Program-made: the position numbers and the translations under genes
NCBI GenBank assembly: GCA_964447285.1
Contig: CAYURO010000018.1
Span: forward strand, 20,522 to 84,521
Length of the DNA: 64,000 bases
Direction: 5' to 3'
DNA from: an uncultured Enterobacteriaceae bacterium
Lineage (GTDB): Bacteria > Myxococcota_A > UBA9042
Notes under the pieces: generated by a model
What the model was told of the DNA's origin: nothing
Database searches by the model: none
The model's input: only the letters and a program-made list of their open reading frames with translations
Part shown: piece after piece, positions 19,041 to 28,783 of the stretch
Position numbering within the stretch: the stretch's first letter is position 1
How the letters are laid out: every line of letters begins with the position of its first letter

Positions 19041-20594
19041 ATGACCCTGACCAACGACATTTCCACCGTCACAGGCGCCTCGAGGCCGGACGTTGGCCAG
19101 CAATCCTTCGGAGAGATCAGAGAATACGAGGAGTTGGAAGGGGCGCAGGGGCGCGAGATCTTCTTCCGCCCGGAGCGCTATCGCCCCGAGGACCTGTTTC
19201 CACTGATGCCAGCGGTCGAAGTTTCTTGGGACGGAACAGTGGCGGCGTGCCAGCTGGTCGACATCTCGGCGTCGGGTGTAGGGCTTGCATGGTCCGGGAA
19301 CGCGATCCCTTTGGTGGGCGAGGTGTTGCAGCGCCTGACCGTCGGCTTCGACGGCCACGTTTTGTACGACGGAGGAGCCCGGGTCACGTCGCTGCGCCGT
19401 AGGGGCGATGCACAAGTGGTCGGCGTGTCCTTTGCCGACGCACTGGTCAGCATCGACGATGTGCTGAGCCTGCGACACGTCGTGACTTGGCGCGGCACCC
19501 AGTCAGACCTGTCGTTTGGTCAGGCCGAGTGGTCGATCGAGGGACATGAGACCTTCCGGGCGCACGTCGCCGAGTTCCGCCTGTTCCTTGAGGACGCCGA
19601 AGAAGCGTTTCGCAAGATGGAAGCGGACTTGCCGTGGTCCGTCGTGCACGGTGAGGCGGACCTGCCGGCGCGTCGCGCCCTGATCGAGCGGTTGCGCGCC
19701 GAGTTTGTGCCGCAGGTGCTCGACCGATTCACGCGGATCGATCAGGCGATGCGCCGCGCCAATCGAGCGGACAACGAGGTGCTGAAGGCGTTTTCGGTGC
19801 GTCATTTGCACCGACTGCTGATGCCCGCGCCGCTGCTGCACCGGACCCGTTACAAGCCACTGGGCTATCCGGGTGACTTCGAGTCCATGAATTACATGTA
19901 CTTCCGAAATTTTGAGGGTGCCACTCTGTATGGCAAGGCGCTGCACTTGGCCTCGTGCGACTCGCTGCCGGCCCAAGCAGTGCGGGCGCGCAAGGACGTG
20001 ATCAAGGCACGGTTGCTCGAGCTGGCCGGCGAGACCCGTCCGGGACGGCCCGTGCGCATCGCCTCGGTCGCAGCCGGCCCCGCCCAAGAAACGCTGGAAT
20101 TTCTGTCGGAGGTCAAAGAGATCGCGGGTCCCGTCGAGATCGTTCTGTTCGATCAGGACAAGCAGGCGTTGTCCTTCGCGCACCGTCGCCTGGGGCCGGC
20201 CGTCGAGCGTCATGGGCGTGGTCTGATCAAGCTGACTTTCCTGCACGACTCCATCAAGCGCCTGTTGCACGACCCCACGCTGTTCGCTGATCAAGGGCCG
20301 TTCGACTTCATCTTCAGTTCAGGTCTTTACGATTACTTGCGGATCCCGACGGCGGTGACGCTGACCCGCAACCTGCACTCGCAGCTGGTTCCCGGAGGGG
20401 AGGCGTACGTTGGCAACATGGACCCCGCCAACCCCTGCCGGTGGATCTTCGAGCATCACCTCGACTGGACCCTGATCTACCGATCTCAGGCCGAGATGCT
20501 CGGCTTCGGCCGCGTGGCGTTGCCCGATGCACCGCTGCGCATCGCCGAAGACCGCACGCGGATCAACCCGTTCCTGGTGGTGACACGCACGTGA
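19041..20594 (+). CDS. PilZ-like N-terminal domain fused to a class-I SAM-dependent methyltransferase with CheR-like features
   Basis: PilZ-like block QLVDISASGVGLAW..GEVL. C-terminal methyltransferase fold with RIASVAAGPAQETLEF (compare CheR IWSAGCSTGEEPYS) and FDFIFSSGLYDYL (compare CheR FDLIFCRNVLIYF). The CheR assignment is an inference. Confidence 0.55.
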   Translation: MTLTNDISTVTGASRPDVGQQSFGEIREYEELEGAQGREIFFRPERYRPEDLFPLMPAVEVSWDGTVAACQLVDISASGVGLAWSGNAIPLVGEVLQRLTVGFDGHVLYDGGARVTSLRRRGDAQVVGVSFADALVSIDDVLSLRHVVTWRGTQSDLSFGQAEWSIEGHETFRAHVAEFRLFLEDAEEAFRKMEADLPWSVVHGEADLPARRALIERLRAEFVPQVLDRFTRIDQAMRRANRADNEVLKAFSVRHLHRLLMPAPLLHRTRYKPLGYPGDFESMNYMYFRNFEGATLYGKALHLASCDSLPAQAVRARKDVIKARLLELAGETRPGRPVRIASVAAGPAQETLEFLSEVKEIAGPVEIVLFDQDKQALSFAHRRLGPAVERHGRGLIKLTFLHDSIKRLLHDPTLFADQGPFDFIFSSGLYDYLRIPTAVTLTRNLHSQLVPGGEAYVGNMDPANPCRWIFEHHLDWTLIYRSQAEMLGFGRVALPDAPLRIAEDRTRINPFLVVTRT

Positions 20595-23302
20595 TGCCCC
20601 GACTGAACCCAGTACAGCCGCACGCGCAACCGCTGGAGGCCGCCCCCGTCGACGTGGAGCGGCGGTGGGAATCGTGGCTGGTCCAACGCAATCGGATGAG
20701 CACGCTGATCGCATTTTGGCTGACGATCACCATCTACCCCATGTTCGGCTTGCTGGACTGGATGGTGGCGCCGTCGAAGTGGTGGCCGCTGCTGTTTACG
20801 ACCCGTGCGGTGGTGTCGCTTTGGAGCCTCTGGCTGCTCGCCATTCATCGCGGTGAGTTTTTCGGTCGGCACTGGCGCATCCTGACTTCGGGGCACGCGG
20901 TCATGCTGGGCGGCGGTATCTCTGTGATGACCGTGGTGATGGGCGGTTACGAGACGCCGTACTACGCGGGCCTGAATCTGTCGGTCATGGGCGTCGGTCT
21001 GCTGTTCGTGTGGACGGGGCGGCAGGCCGCGTGGACCTACGGGCTCGTCGTTGCTTCCTACGTGGTTCCAAACGCGTTCCACGGGGGGCCGATCAACTGG
21101 GCGTGGGCTGCCCCGAACCTGTTCTTCGTCATATCGACCGCCACGGTGGTCACGGCCGCCCAGGCGTTCGGCTTTCGGTCCAACCGCGACCAAGTGCTGA
21201 ACCAGATTCGGCTGGAGCAGACGACGGCCAACCTCGAGCGGGCGCACGCCCAACTGCAGCAACTGGACGCGTTCAAGACCAAGTTCTTCGCAAACATTAC
21301 GCATGAACTGAAGACGCCGCTTGCGATGATCCTCTCGCCGCTGGAGCTGCTGATTCAGGAGGAGCTGGGCCGATTGACCGAGGTGCAGCGGTCGACGCTG
21401 CAGACGATGTTCCGCAATGGCTTTAAATTGCTGAACCTGATCAACGACTTGCTGGACCTGACCAAGCTGGAGGAGTCGCGACTCCGCCTGCGTATTGCGC
21501 AGCACGACATGGTCGAGTGGCTGGGAAGTCTGGTCGGACATGTGCAGCCGCTGGCCCAGCGCAAGCGAGTGTCGTTGGTGTTCAGTTCCTCGGTTGCGGA
21601 CGCGAACATCTGGTGCGACATCGAACGCATCGAGCGGGTGATGATCAACCTACTGTCGAACGCCGTGAAATTCACGCCCGCTGAGGGCCACATCGAGGTG
21701 CGACTCTACGACGACGGTGGCTCGGTGCGGGTCGAGGTCGCGGACGATGGCCCGGGTTTTCCCCCCGAGATGGCCGACCGTGTGTTCGAGCGGTTCTTCC
21801 AAGTCGACATGGGCGGCACCCGCAAGCACGGCGGCACCGGCATCGGACTGGCCTTGGCACGCGAGCTGGTCGGGCTGCATGGCGGCCGCATCTACGCGCG
21901 CGGTGCTGAGGGCAAGGGCGCCTGCTTCACCGTCGAGCTCCTGAAGGGGCGCACCCAATTCCGCCCCGACACGCTGACCGATGCCTCAGAGCCCGGGGAC
22001 GCGCTGAAGGTCGGCCGGCCCCACCAGATCGAGATCTTGGGGGGAGCCGTCGAGGTGGATGGGCGCGACGACTACCGTTTGCTCGACATCTCCGAGTTGA
22101 CCGAGCGACGCGTGGTCGAGCGAGATCAGGACGAAAACCAGCGCCAATGGACGGTGCTGATCGTCGAGGACACCCCGGACGTCATCCGCGTCATCCACCT
22201 GGCACTGCGGCGTCACTTCAAGGTCATGGCGGCCCCTGACGGGCTGAAGGGCCTGGAGATGGCCGTGCGCGAGCTGCCGTCGCTGATCATCACCGACCTG
22301 ATGATGCCCGGTATCGATGGACTCGAGCTGACCCGTCGGTTGCGCGAGGACCCGCGGACGCGCCACACGCCGATCGTGATGCTGACGGCCCGCGGTGACC
22401 TGGATGACCGGGTGCGCGGACTCGACACCGGCGTCAACGCGTACTTGAGCAAGCCGTTCTCGGCCAAGGAGCTGCTCTCGACCGCCCGCGCGCTGCTGAA
22501 CATTCAGGAGACGCAGGCCGACCTGCTGCTGAACTCGCGGCTGGACTCGCTCGAGACCATCGCCGGCGGTCTGGCGCACGAAATCAACAACCCGCTGAAC
22601 TACGTGAAGAATGCGCTGAGGCGGGTCGAGATCGACGTGCACGACACCGTCGAGTTGATGCACGCCGCGCGGGGTCGCGTCCTGACGGACGACGAGGTCG
22701 TGCGCTTGCAGAAGAGCGAGGACCGCGTCCACAAAATGATCGAGATGGCCGACGGCGGGGTGAAACGCATCGCGGCAACCGTAGACCTGATGGGACGTTA
22801 CAGTCGCGAGGGCTACTCCCGCGCCATGCGCCTCTACGACGCTTTCGGTGCCGTGCGCGATATCGTCGCCATGGTCCTGCCCGCGACGGGAAGGCCGGTG
22901 AAGGTGGACGTGGATCTGGTGGGCGACGGACATGTGGACTGCGTGCCCGAGGAACTGAACCAAGTGCTGTCGAACCTGGTGCAGAACGCCATCGAGGCCG
23001 TTGCGGACGAGTCTGGCTGCGTGTCTGTCACGGGGCGCGGCGACGACGACTGGGTGACGGTAACGGTGGCCGACAACGGGCACGGCATCTCGGACGAGGC
23101 AAAGGCGCGCATCTTCACGCCTTTCTTCACCACCAAGGGCCCCGGTCGCGGCATGGGCATGGGCCTGACCATCGTCCGCCGCGTCGTGCAGAGCTTGGGC
23201 GGCACCTTGCAGCTGACCAGCGAAGCCGGCGTCGGCACCACGTTCATCGTCCGTCTGCCGCGGCGCAGTCCGGTCGACCAGCAGGCCCTGCCGCTGGCGT
23301 GA
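20594..23302 (+). CDS. Large hybrid sensor histidine kinase: N-terminal polytopic membrane sensor - HisKA/HATPase - REC - second HisKA-like/HATPase
   Basis: The ATG overlaps the upstream stop (TGATG). About five transmembrane helices. H-box ITHELKTPL. G-box GGTGIGLALAREL. REC domain VLIVEDTP..DLMMPGIDG..SKPF. Second module LAHEINNPLNYV with VADNGHGI..GMGMGLTI. Confidence 0.85.
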   Translation: MPRLNPVQPHAQPLEAAPVDVERRWESWLVQRNRMSTLIAFWLTITIYPMFGLLDWMVAPSKWWPLLFTTRAVVSLWSLWLLAIHRGEFFGRHWRILTSGHAVMLGGGISVMTVVMGGYETPYYAGLNLSVMGVGLLFVWTGRQAAWTYGLVVASYVVPNAFHGGPINWAWAAPNLFFVISTATVVTAAQAFGFRSNRDQVLNQIRLEQTTANLERAHAQLQQLDAFKTKFFANITHELKTPLAMILSPLELLIQEELGRLTEVQRSTLQTMFRNGFKLLNLINDLLDLTKLEESRLRLRIAQHDMVEWLGSLVGHVQPLAQRKRVSLVFSSSVADANIWCDIERIERVMINLLSNAVKFTPAEGHIEVRLYDDGGSVRVEVADDGPGFPPEMADRVFERFFQVDMGGTRKHGGTGIGLALARELVGLHGGRIYARGAEGKGACFTVELLKGRTQFRPDTLTDASEPGDALKVGRPHQIEILGGAVEVDGRDDYRLLDISELTERRVVERDQDENQRQWTVLIVEDTPDVIRVIHLALRRHFKVMAAPDGLKGLEMAVRELPSLIITDLMMPGIDGLELTRRLREDPRTRHTPIVMLTARGDLDDRVRGLDTGVNAYLSKPFSAKELLSTARALLNIQETQADLLLNSRLDSLETIAGGLAHEINNPLNYVKNALRRVEIDVHDTVELMHAARGRVLTDDEVVRLQKSEDRVHKMIEMADGGVKRIAATVDLMGRYSREGYSRAMRLYDAFGAVRDIVAMVLPATGRPVKVDVDLVGDGHVDCVPEELNQVLSNLVQNAIEAVADESGCVSVTGRGDDDWVTVTVADNGHGISDEAKARIFTPFFTTKGPGRGMGMGLTIVRRVVQSLGGTLQLTSEAGVGTTFIVRLPRRSPVDQQALPLA

Positions 23303-23424
23303 ACCCATCAGTTCCGCAGCGGATCCGCGCCACCGGCTTGACAGACCCCCGCGCGTCCCGTGGACTTGCCCTCCCCCCGAACAGTGCGCCTTGGTGTGAG
23401 CGGCCGTTGCCGCAGGAGTCCCGC

Positions 23425-25461
23425 ATGTCCGCCGCCGCCCCCAAGCCCTCACTGCGTCTCGGGTTTCGCCTGTTTCAACGGGCTCCGGCCAGTGTGGAGG
23501 AGGCCCAGCAGCACCCGCCGCTCGACATCGGGCCGGACCAGGTGCTCGAGATGGACGAGGCCGAGTGGTACGCAAAGGTCTATCGCGGCGAGGACGCCCC
23601 CCAGTTGACATGGCGCGCGGTGCTGGTGGGCTCGCTGCTGGGCTTTCTGCTTGCGTTCACCAACCTGTACATCGGCCTGAAGACCGGGTGGGCGCTGGGC
23701 GTGGCCATCACCGCGACCATCGTGTCGTATTCGCTGTGGTCGGTGCTGCAGCGGGTTGGGCTGGCAAAGGCGCCGATGACGATCCTCGAGACCAACTGCA
23801 TGCAGTCCACGGCCTCGTCCGCTGGTTATGCGACGGGTGGCACGATGGTGTCGGCGATTGCCGCGCTGCTGATGGTCTCGGGCCACCACCTGCCGTGGCC
23901 GGTCCTCGTCGCGTGGACGCTGCTGTTGGGGGCTCTGGGTACGGTCCTGGCCATCCCCATGAAACGCAACATGATCAACCGCGAACGCCTGCGCTTTCCC
24001 TCTGGCACCGCCGCCGCCGTGACGTTGCAGTCGCTGTACAGCAAGGGCGATGAGGCGCTGGCCAAGGCCCGGGCGCTGTTTTGGGCGGCGTTGGGCGGCG
24101 CGGTGGTGCCGCTGCTGATCGAGCTGCAGGTGCGCGAGACCGTCAGCGCGACGGGAGAGAAGGTGCGGTCGGCGCTGCTGCCCGCGGAGTCGGCGCTGTT
24201 CGACTGGCTGCCGGCGCTGGGCACCCACGCACACGAGGGCGGCGGCCAGGTGGCCAACAAGCCGTCGGACTGGACGATGGTGCTGGACCACAACCCCATC
24301 ATGATCGCCGCGGGCGCCCTGGTGGGGCTGAAGGTCGCGATTTGGATGACGTTGTCGGGGCTGTTCCTGGCGTACGTGCTGGGGCCGCTGGGGCAGGACG
24401 CGGTCTGGACGAACGGGCAGGGCGAGCTGGTCGCGGCCGTCACGGCCCCGGGCAAGGCTTGGAAGGAGATCGGCATTTGGTCCGGCGTGCCGATCATGGT
24501 CGCCTCGGGTCTGCTGATGTTCCTGTTGCAGTGGCGCACGATCCTGCGCGCTTTCCAAGGCTTGGGCAGCAGCGCGGTTGGCGGCACCGACGACCACATC
24601 GGCCGCACCGAGGTGCCGTTCTCGTGGTTCGCTTGGGGCGTCGTCCTCAGCGGCGGCGGCGTGGTGTGGCTGGCGCACGCGTACTTCGCGGTGCCGTTGC
24701 ACTACGGAGCGCTGGCCGTCGCGCTGACGTTCTTCCTGTCGCTGGTGGCTTGTCGCGCAACGGGCGAGTCGGACATCACGCCGGTGGGCGCGATGGGCAA
24801 GGTCATGCAGCTGACCTACGGCGTGCTGATCCCGCAGAACGCGACGGCCAACCTGATGACGGCCAGCATCACGTCCAGCTCAGCCGGCTCGGCGGCGGAC
24901 CTGCTGAACGACCTGAAGTCCGGGTATCTGCTGGGCGCCCACCCGCGACGGCAGTTCATGGCGCAGTTCATTGGCATCTTTTCGGGTACTGCGGCGACGG
25001 TCATGGGCTTCTACCTGCTGGTGCCCGATGCGGCCGCGCTGATGGGTTCGACGGCGGCCGACGGCACCGTCATCGCCCCCAAGTTCCCGGCGCCGGCGGC
25101 CCAGACGTGGAAGGCGGTGGCCGACGTGTTTCGGCACGGTCTGGGCAACATGCACCCCGTGCACCGTGAGGCGATTTTCTGGGGCCTTGGGTTTGGCGTC
25201 GTGCTGGTGGTGCTGGAACAGGTGTTCCCCAAGTGGCAGAAGTGGTTGCCGTCGGCCACCGGCATCGGTCTGGGGCTGATCCTGCCCTTTCAGTACCCGC
25301 TGTCGATGCTGGTCGGTGCCCTGATCGCATGGGGGTGGCAGGCGCGCAGCAAGGAGGGGGCAGAGCGGTACGTCGTGCCGGTCGCCTCGGGCATCATCGC
25401 GGGCGTGTCGATCGTCGGCGTCGTCGTGGCGGCGTTGAACAACTTGCTGTTCGCTCCCTGA
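23425..25461 (+). CDS. OPT-family oligopeptide transporter
   Basis: AGGAG Shine-Dalgarno. 678 aa with about 14-16 transmembrane segments. OPT-family layout and conserved Gly/Pro-rich transmembrane helices. Confidence 0.8.
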   Translation: MSAAAPKPSLRLGFRLFQRAPASVEEAQQHPPLDIGPDQVLEMDEAEWYAKVYRGEDAPQLTWRAVLVGSLLGFLLAFTNLYIGLKTGWALGVAITATIVSYSLWSVLQRVGLAKAPMTILETNCMQSTASSAGYATGGTMVSAIAALLMVSGHHLPWPVLVAWTLLLGALGTVLAIPMKRNMINRERLRFPSGTAAAVTLQSLYSKGDEALAKARALFWAALGGAVVPLLIELQVRETVSATGEKVRSALLPAESALFDWLPALGTHAHEGGGQVANKPSDWTMVLDHNPIMIAAGALVGLKVAIWMTLSGLFLAYVLGPLGQDAVWTNGQGELVAAVTAPGKAWKEIGIWSGVPIMVASGLLMFLLQWRTILRAFQGLGSSAVGGTDDHIGRTEVPFSWFAWGVVLSGGGVVWLAHAYFAVPLHYGALAVALTFFLSLVACRATGESDITPVGAMGKVMQLTYGVLIPQNATANLMTASITSSSAGSAADLLNDLKSGYLLGAHPRRQFMAQFIGIFSGTAATVMGFYLLVPDAAALMGSTAADGTVIAPKFPAPAAQTWKAVADVFRHGLGNMHPVHREAIFWGLGFGVVLVVLEQVFPKWQKWLPSATGIGLGLILPFQYPLSMLVGALIAWGWQARSKEGAERYVVPVASGIIAGVSIVGVVVAALNNLLFAP

Positions 25462-25566
25462 CCTGCATCCGACGGTGCCCAATCGTACTCCTACCCCCCC
25501 ATGCCGTTTGGGTCTAAGCTTCGGCATTCCACTGCGACCGTTGGGCCGCCCACCTTGGGGGACGTC

Positions 25567-27726
25567 ATGACGCCTGCTTGCACGACCATGTTCCGCACAC
25601 TTCGACGGGTTGCGTTGGGCGTTCTTGCGCCGCTGCTGCTGCCGACACTTGCGTCTGCCGCAGTGCCGACCACCGTGCTGCTCGAGGGGACGCTGCAGGC
25701 GACGGGCGGCGGTCCGGCGGCGGACGGCAAGTATCTGCTGAATCTGGCGATCTATCCCGATGCGCTGGGTGGTCAGGCGGCGTGGAGCGAGCAGGGCGCT
25801 GAAGCGTCGGTTCAGGGCGGCTTGTTCAGTCTCGCCATGGGCGCAAAGGTCCCGCTGAAGCCCGAGCTGCTGGCGGCGCTGTCCAAAGCCTATCTGGGCG
25901 TGACCGTGCAGCCGGACCCCGAGCTACCGCGGGTGCCGGTACACGCCGTTCTGTACGCGTTGCGCGCTGGCGTGGCGACGGGGATCGACTGTTCCGGCTG
26001 CATCCAGACCGCGCATCTGGATCCGCAGGTGTTGGCCCCTTATGCCAAGTCGGCCGATCTGGCGGCCTATGCCAAGACCGCGTCGTTGGCCACGGTCGCG
26101 ACCTCGGGGGCCTTCGCTGACCTGTCGGGCGGCCCGGACCTGAGTGCCTATGCGAAGACGGCCTCGCTGGCGACGGTTGCGACATCCGGCACATACGCAG
26201 ACTTGGAGGGATTGCCGACCCTTGCCAAGCTGGGCATCGCCTGCGGGACCGGCTTGGTGGTGCGCGGACTGAAGGCAGACGGCAGCTACGACTGCGTGCA
26301 GGCGATGGACCCCTTGGCGCTGCCCAAGGATGCGCTCGACGAGGTCTCGAACGGCCTGTTGACCAACCAGTTCAACGAGGTCGCCGCCAGCACGAAACTC
26401 GTCCCCATCCCCGACAACAGCCCCGTCGGCATCAGTGACGTGATCGACGTGCCGGACTTCGGCACTGCCCAGACGTTCAGCGTAGCCGCCGAGATCGCCA
26501 ACAGCGACACCGGAAATCTGCGGATCACGCTCATCGACCCCACCGGCACCAAGTTCGTCCTGTGGGACAAGACGGCCAAGGGCACCATCGTCAAGACGAC
26601 GTGGCCCACCCCGACCAAGACGGTGTCCGGCGACTTGAGTACATGGATCGGCAAGAACCCTAAGGGAAAGTGGTACTTAGAGGTAATTGACGTCGCCTTC
26701 TTGAACAACGGCTTCGACGGTGCCCTGAAGGGGTGGAGCCTGAACATCGGCGTCATGTCGTCTGCCAAGGTCGGGTTGGCTGGTCTGCTGAAGCTGCAGA
26801 ACGCCGCCGAGGCCCCGCTTCCGTGCGGTCCGACACTGGCCGGTTCGCTGTACTTCGACACAGTGGCCAAGGCCGTGCGCTATTGCGACGGGGCGGCTTG
26901 GCGCAACTTGGCCGACACGTGCGGCAACGGCATTCTCGACGCCACCGAGCAGTGTGACGACGGCAACAACACCGATGGCGACGGCTGCTCGGCCACCTGC
27001 CAGACCGTGTGCGGCGACGGCAAGTTGCTGGGCAAGGAAGAGTGCGACGACGGCAACACCAAGGATGGCGACGGCTGCAGCGCGGCGTGCATCGCGTCGG
27101 TCGGTTTCTCGAAGGTGCGACCGGGCGCCTCGTGCGCTGCCATCCTCGCTGCGTGGACCAGTGCGGGCTGGACGGCCAAGGACGGCAAGTACTGGCTCGA
27201 CCCGAATCTGGGCGACCCAGCCGACGCGTTCCTGGCGACCTGCGACATGACGCAGAAGGGCGGTGGCTGGACCAAGGTCAGCGAGTTCGCCGAGACGTAC
27301 TACGACAACCTCAGCGACCGCAGCAAGATCCCGTACAAGGAAGTGCTGGTCCTCGAGTGGGACCACACCACCGCGACCCCCGTCTACTCGAACTTTGTGG
27401 TCCAGCACGCCTGCTACAACTCGGCCAAGACCGGCTTCCAGGTTGCCAACACATCGGCGAACTGCGACTCGGGCTATCAGGTCCGGGTCGGTGGCACGGG
27501 CGGTTCGTGCGGCGACGCCGAGGACGGCTGCTTTGGCTTGTACTACGGCGACTTGGCCGTTGGCGGCGGGTGCAACTGGAACTGCGGCGCGGGTGCCGTG
27601 AAGATCTGGGGCAAGGGCTACGCCTGCAATTCGTGCCGCTGCCGCAACGCGCCATACACGACAATCGAAGGCTGCGGCAACGGCGGTGCGTGGGGCAACA
27701 AGCGCTTCTGGATCTACGTGCGCTAA
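25567..27726 (+). CDS. Secreted multidomain protein: signal peptide - conserved N-terminal domain - ~24-aa tandem repeats - P-like (proprotein convertase P) domain - two Myxococcus Cys-rich repeats - fibrinogen-related domain
   Basis: Signal peptide LLLPTLASAA. Repeats DLAAYAKTASLATVATSGAFADLSGGPDLSAY. P-domain-like GKNPKGKWYLEVIDVAFLNNGFDGALKGWSLNI. CGNGILDATEQCDDGNNTDGDGCSATC occurs twice. CDMTQKGGGWT is a fibrinogen C-terminal-domain hallmark. Confidence 0.7.
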   Translation: MTPACTTMFRTLRRVALGVLAPLLLPTLASAAVPTTVLLEGTLQATGGGPAADGKYLLNLAIYPDALGGQAAWSEQGAEASVQGGLFSLAMGAKVPLKPELLAALSKAYLGVTVQPDPELPRVPVHAVLYALRAGVATGIDCSGCIQTAHLDPQVLAPYAKSADLAAYAKTASLATVATSGAFADLSGGPDLSAYAKTASLATVATSGTYADLEGLPTLAKLGIACGTGLVVRGLKADGSYDCVQAMDPLALPKDALDEVSNGLLTNQFNEVAASTKLVPIPDNSPVGISDVIDVPDFGTAQTFSVAAEIANSDTGNLRITLIDPTGTKFVLWDKTAKGTIVKTTWPTPTKTVSGDLSTWIGKNPKGKWYLEVIDVAFLNNGFDGALKGWSLNIGVMSSAKVGLAGLLKLQNAAEAPLPCGPTLAGSLYFDTVAKAVRYCDGAAWRNLADTCGNGILDATEQCDDGNNTDGDGCSATCQTVCGDGKLLGKEECDDGNTKDGDGCSAACIASVGFSKVRPGASCAAILAAWTSAGWTAKDGKYWLDPNLGDPADAFLATCDMTQKGGGWTKVSEFAETYYDNLSDRSKIPYKEVLVLEWDHTTATPVYSNFVVQHACYNSAKTGFQVANTSANCDSGYQVRVGGTGGSCGDAEDGCFGLYYGDLAVGGGCNWNCGAGAVKIWGKGYACNSCRCRNAPYTTIEGCGNGGAWGNKRFWIYVR

Positions 27727-27756
27727 GCCAACCCGTTGCCTGGCAAAGGAATCTGC

Positions 27757-28665
27757 ATGTCCCTGGACCCGCTCTTCGAACCCGCCGCCGACCACTTTCT
27801 GGACCTGCAGACCCGCATCGTGGCCGCGCTAGAGGCTCTGGACGGGCACGCGACCTTTCACCGGGACGAGTGGACCCGGGACGAGTCTGAGGTGCCAGAC
27901 GGCCCGTCTCTGCGCGGCTGGGGACGCACCTGCGCCCTGGAGGGGGGCGCGGTGCTCGAGAAGGCGGGCGTGGCGTTCTCGAAGGTGCGCGGGCGGTTGG
28001 CCCAGGGACACGCCGAAGCGATGCCCGGCGATGGACTCGACTTCCAGGCGACGGGCGTGTCGCTCGTCTTGCACCCGCGCAATCCGCACGTGCCCATCGT
28101 GCACCTGAACTACCGGCGGCTCGCGCGAGGGGCGACGGCCTGGTTCGGGGGCGGCGCGGACCTGACGCCGTGCTATCTGGATCCGCAGGACGTGCAGCAC
28201 TTTCACGAGACCCACCGGCGCGTTTGCGAGCAGCACGCCCGCGTGGCCGACTGGCCGACGCTGCACCGCGACTGCGACGCGTACTTCTACCTGCCGCACC
28301 GGGGCGAGCGGCGCGGGGTCGGGGGCCTGTTCTTCGACCACATGGCGGCCAACCCGGAAGAGATGTTCGCGTTCGTCAAGGCCGTGGGCGACGCCTTTCT
28401 GCCCGCCTGGTTGCCCATCGCCCAACGCCACCGCGACGACCCGTACGGCGACCGCGAGCGGCAGTGGCAGCTGGTGCGCCGCGGGCGCTACGTCGAGTTC
28501 AACCTGGTGCACGACCGCGGGACGGTGTTCGGCCTGCGCACGGGCGGCCGCATCGAGTCGATCCTGATGTCGATGCCGCCCTTGGCCGCGTGGGGCTACG
28601 ACCTGCAGCCCGAGCCGGGTTCGCCCGAGGCCGTGATGCAGCAGGCGCTGGTGCGCCCCGCCTGA
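27757..28665 (+). CDS. hemF: Oxygen-dependent coproporphyrinogen III oxidase
   Basis: GGGADLTPCY, YVEFNLVHDRGTVFGLRTGGRIESILMSMPP and HRGERRGVGGLFFD are all HemF hallmarks. Confidence 0.9.
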   Translation: MSLDPLFEPAADHFLDLQTRIVAALEALDGHATFHRDEWTRDESEVPDGPSLRGWGRTCALEGGAVLEKAGVAFSKVRGRLAQGHAEAMPGDGLDFQATGVSLVLHPRNPHVPIVHLNYRRLARGATAWFGGGADLTPCYLDPQDVQHFHETHRRVCEQHARVADWPTLHRDCDAYFYLPHRGERRGVGGLFFDHMAANPEEMFAFVKAVGDAFLPAWLPIAQRHRDDPYGDRERQWQLVRRGRYVEFNLVHDRGTVFGLRTGGRIESILMSMPPLAAWGYDLQPEPGSPEAVMQQALVRPA

Positions 28666-28783
28666 CGTGTTCACCCCGGACGCCAAGGTCGCACCGCCGC
28701 CCGCCGACGTGGTACACCTGACCGGTCGGCGACCCACCATGGCCGGCCGGCCGCCCCCCCGTTTCCCCCGCACGGAGGTACAA

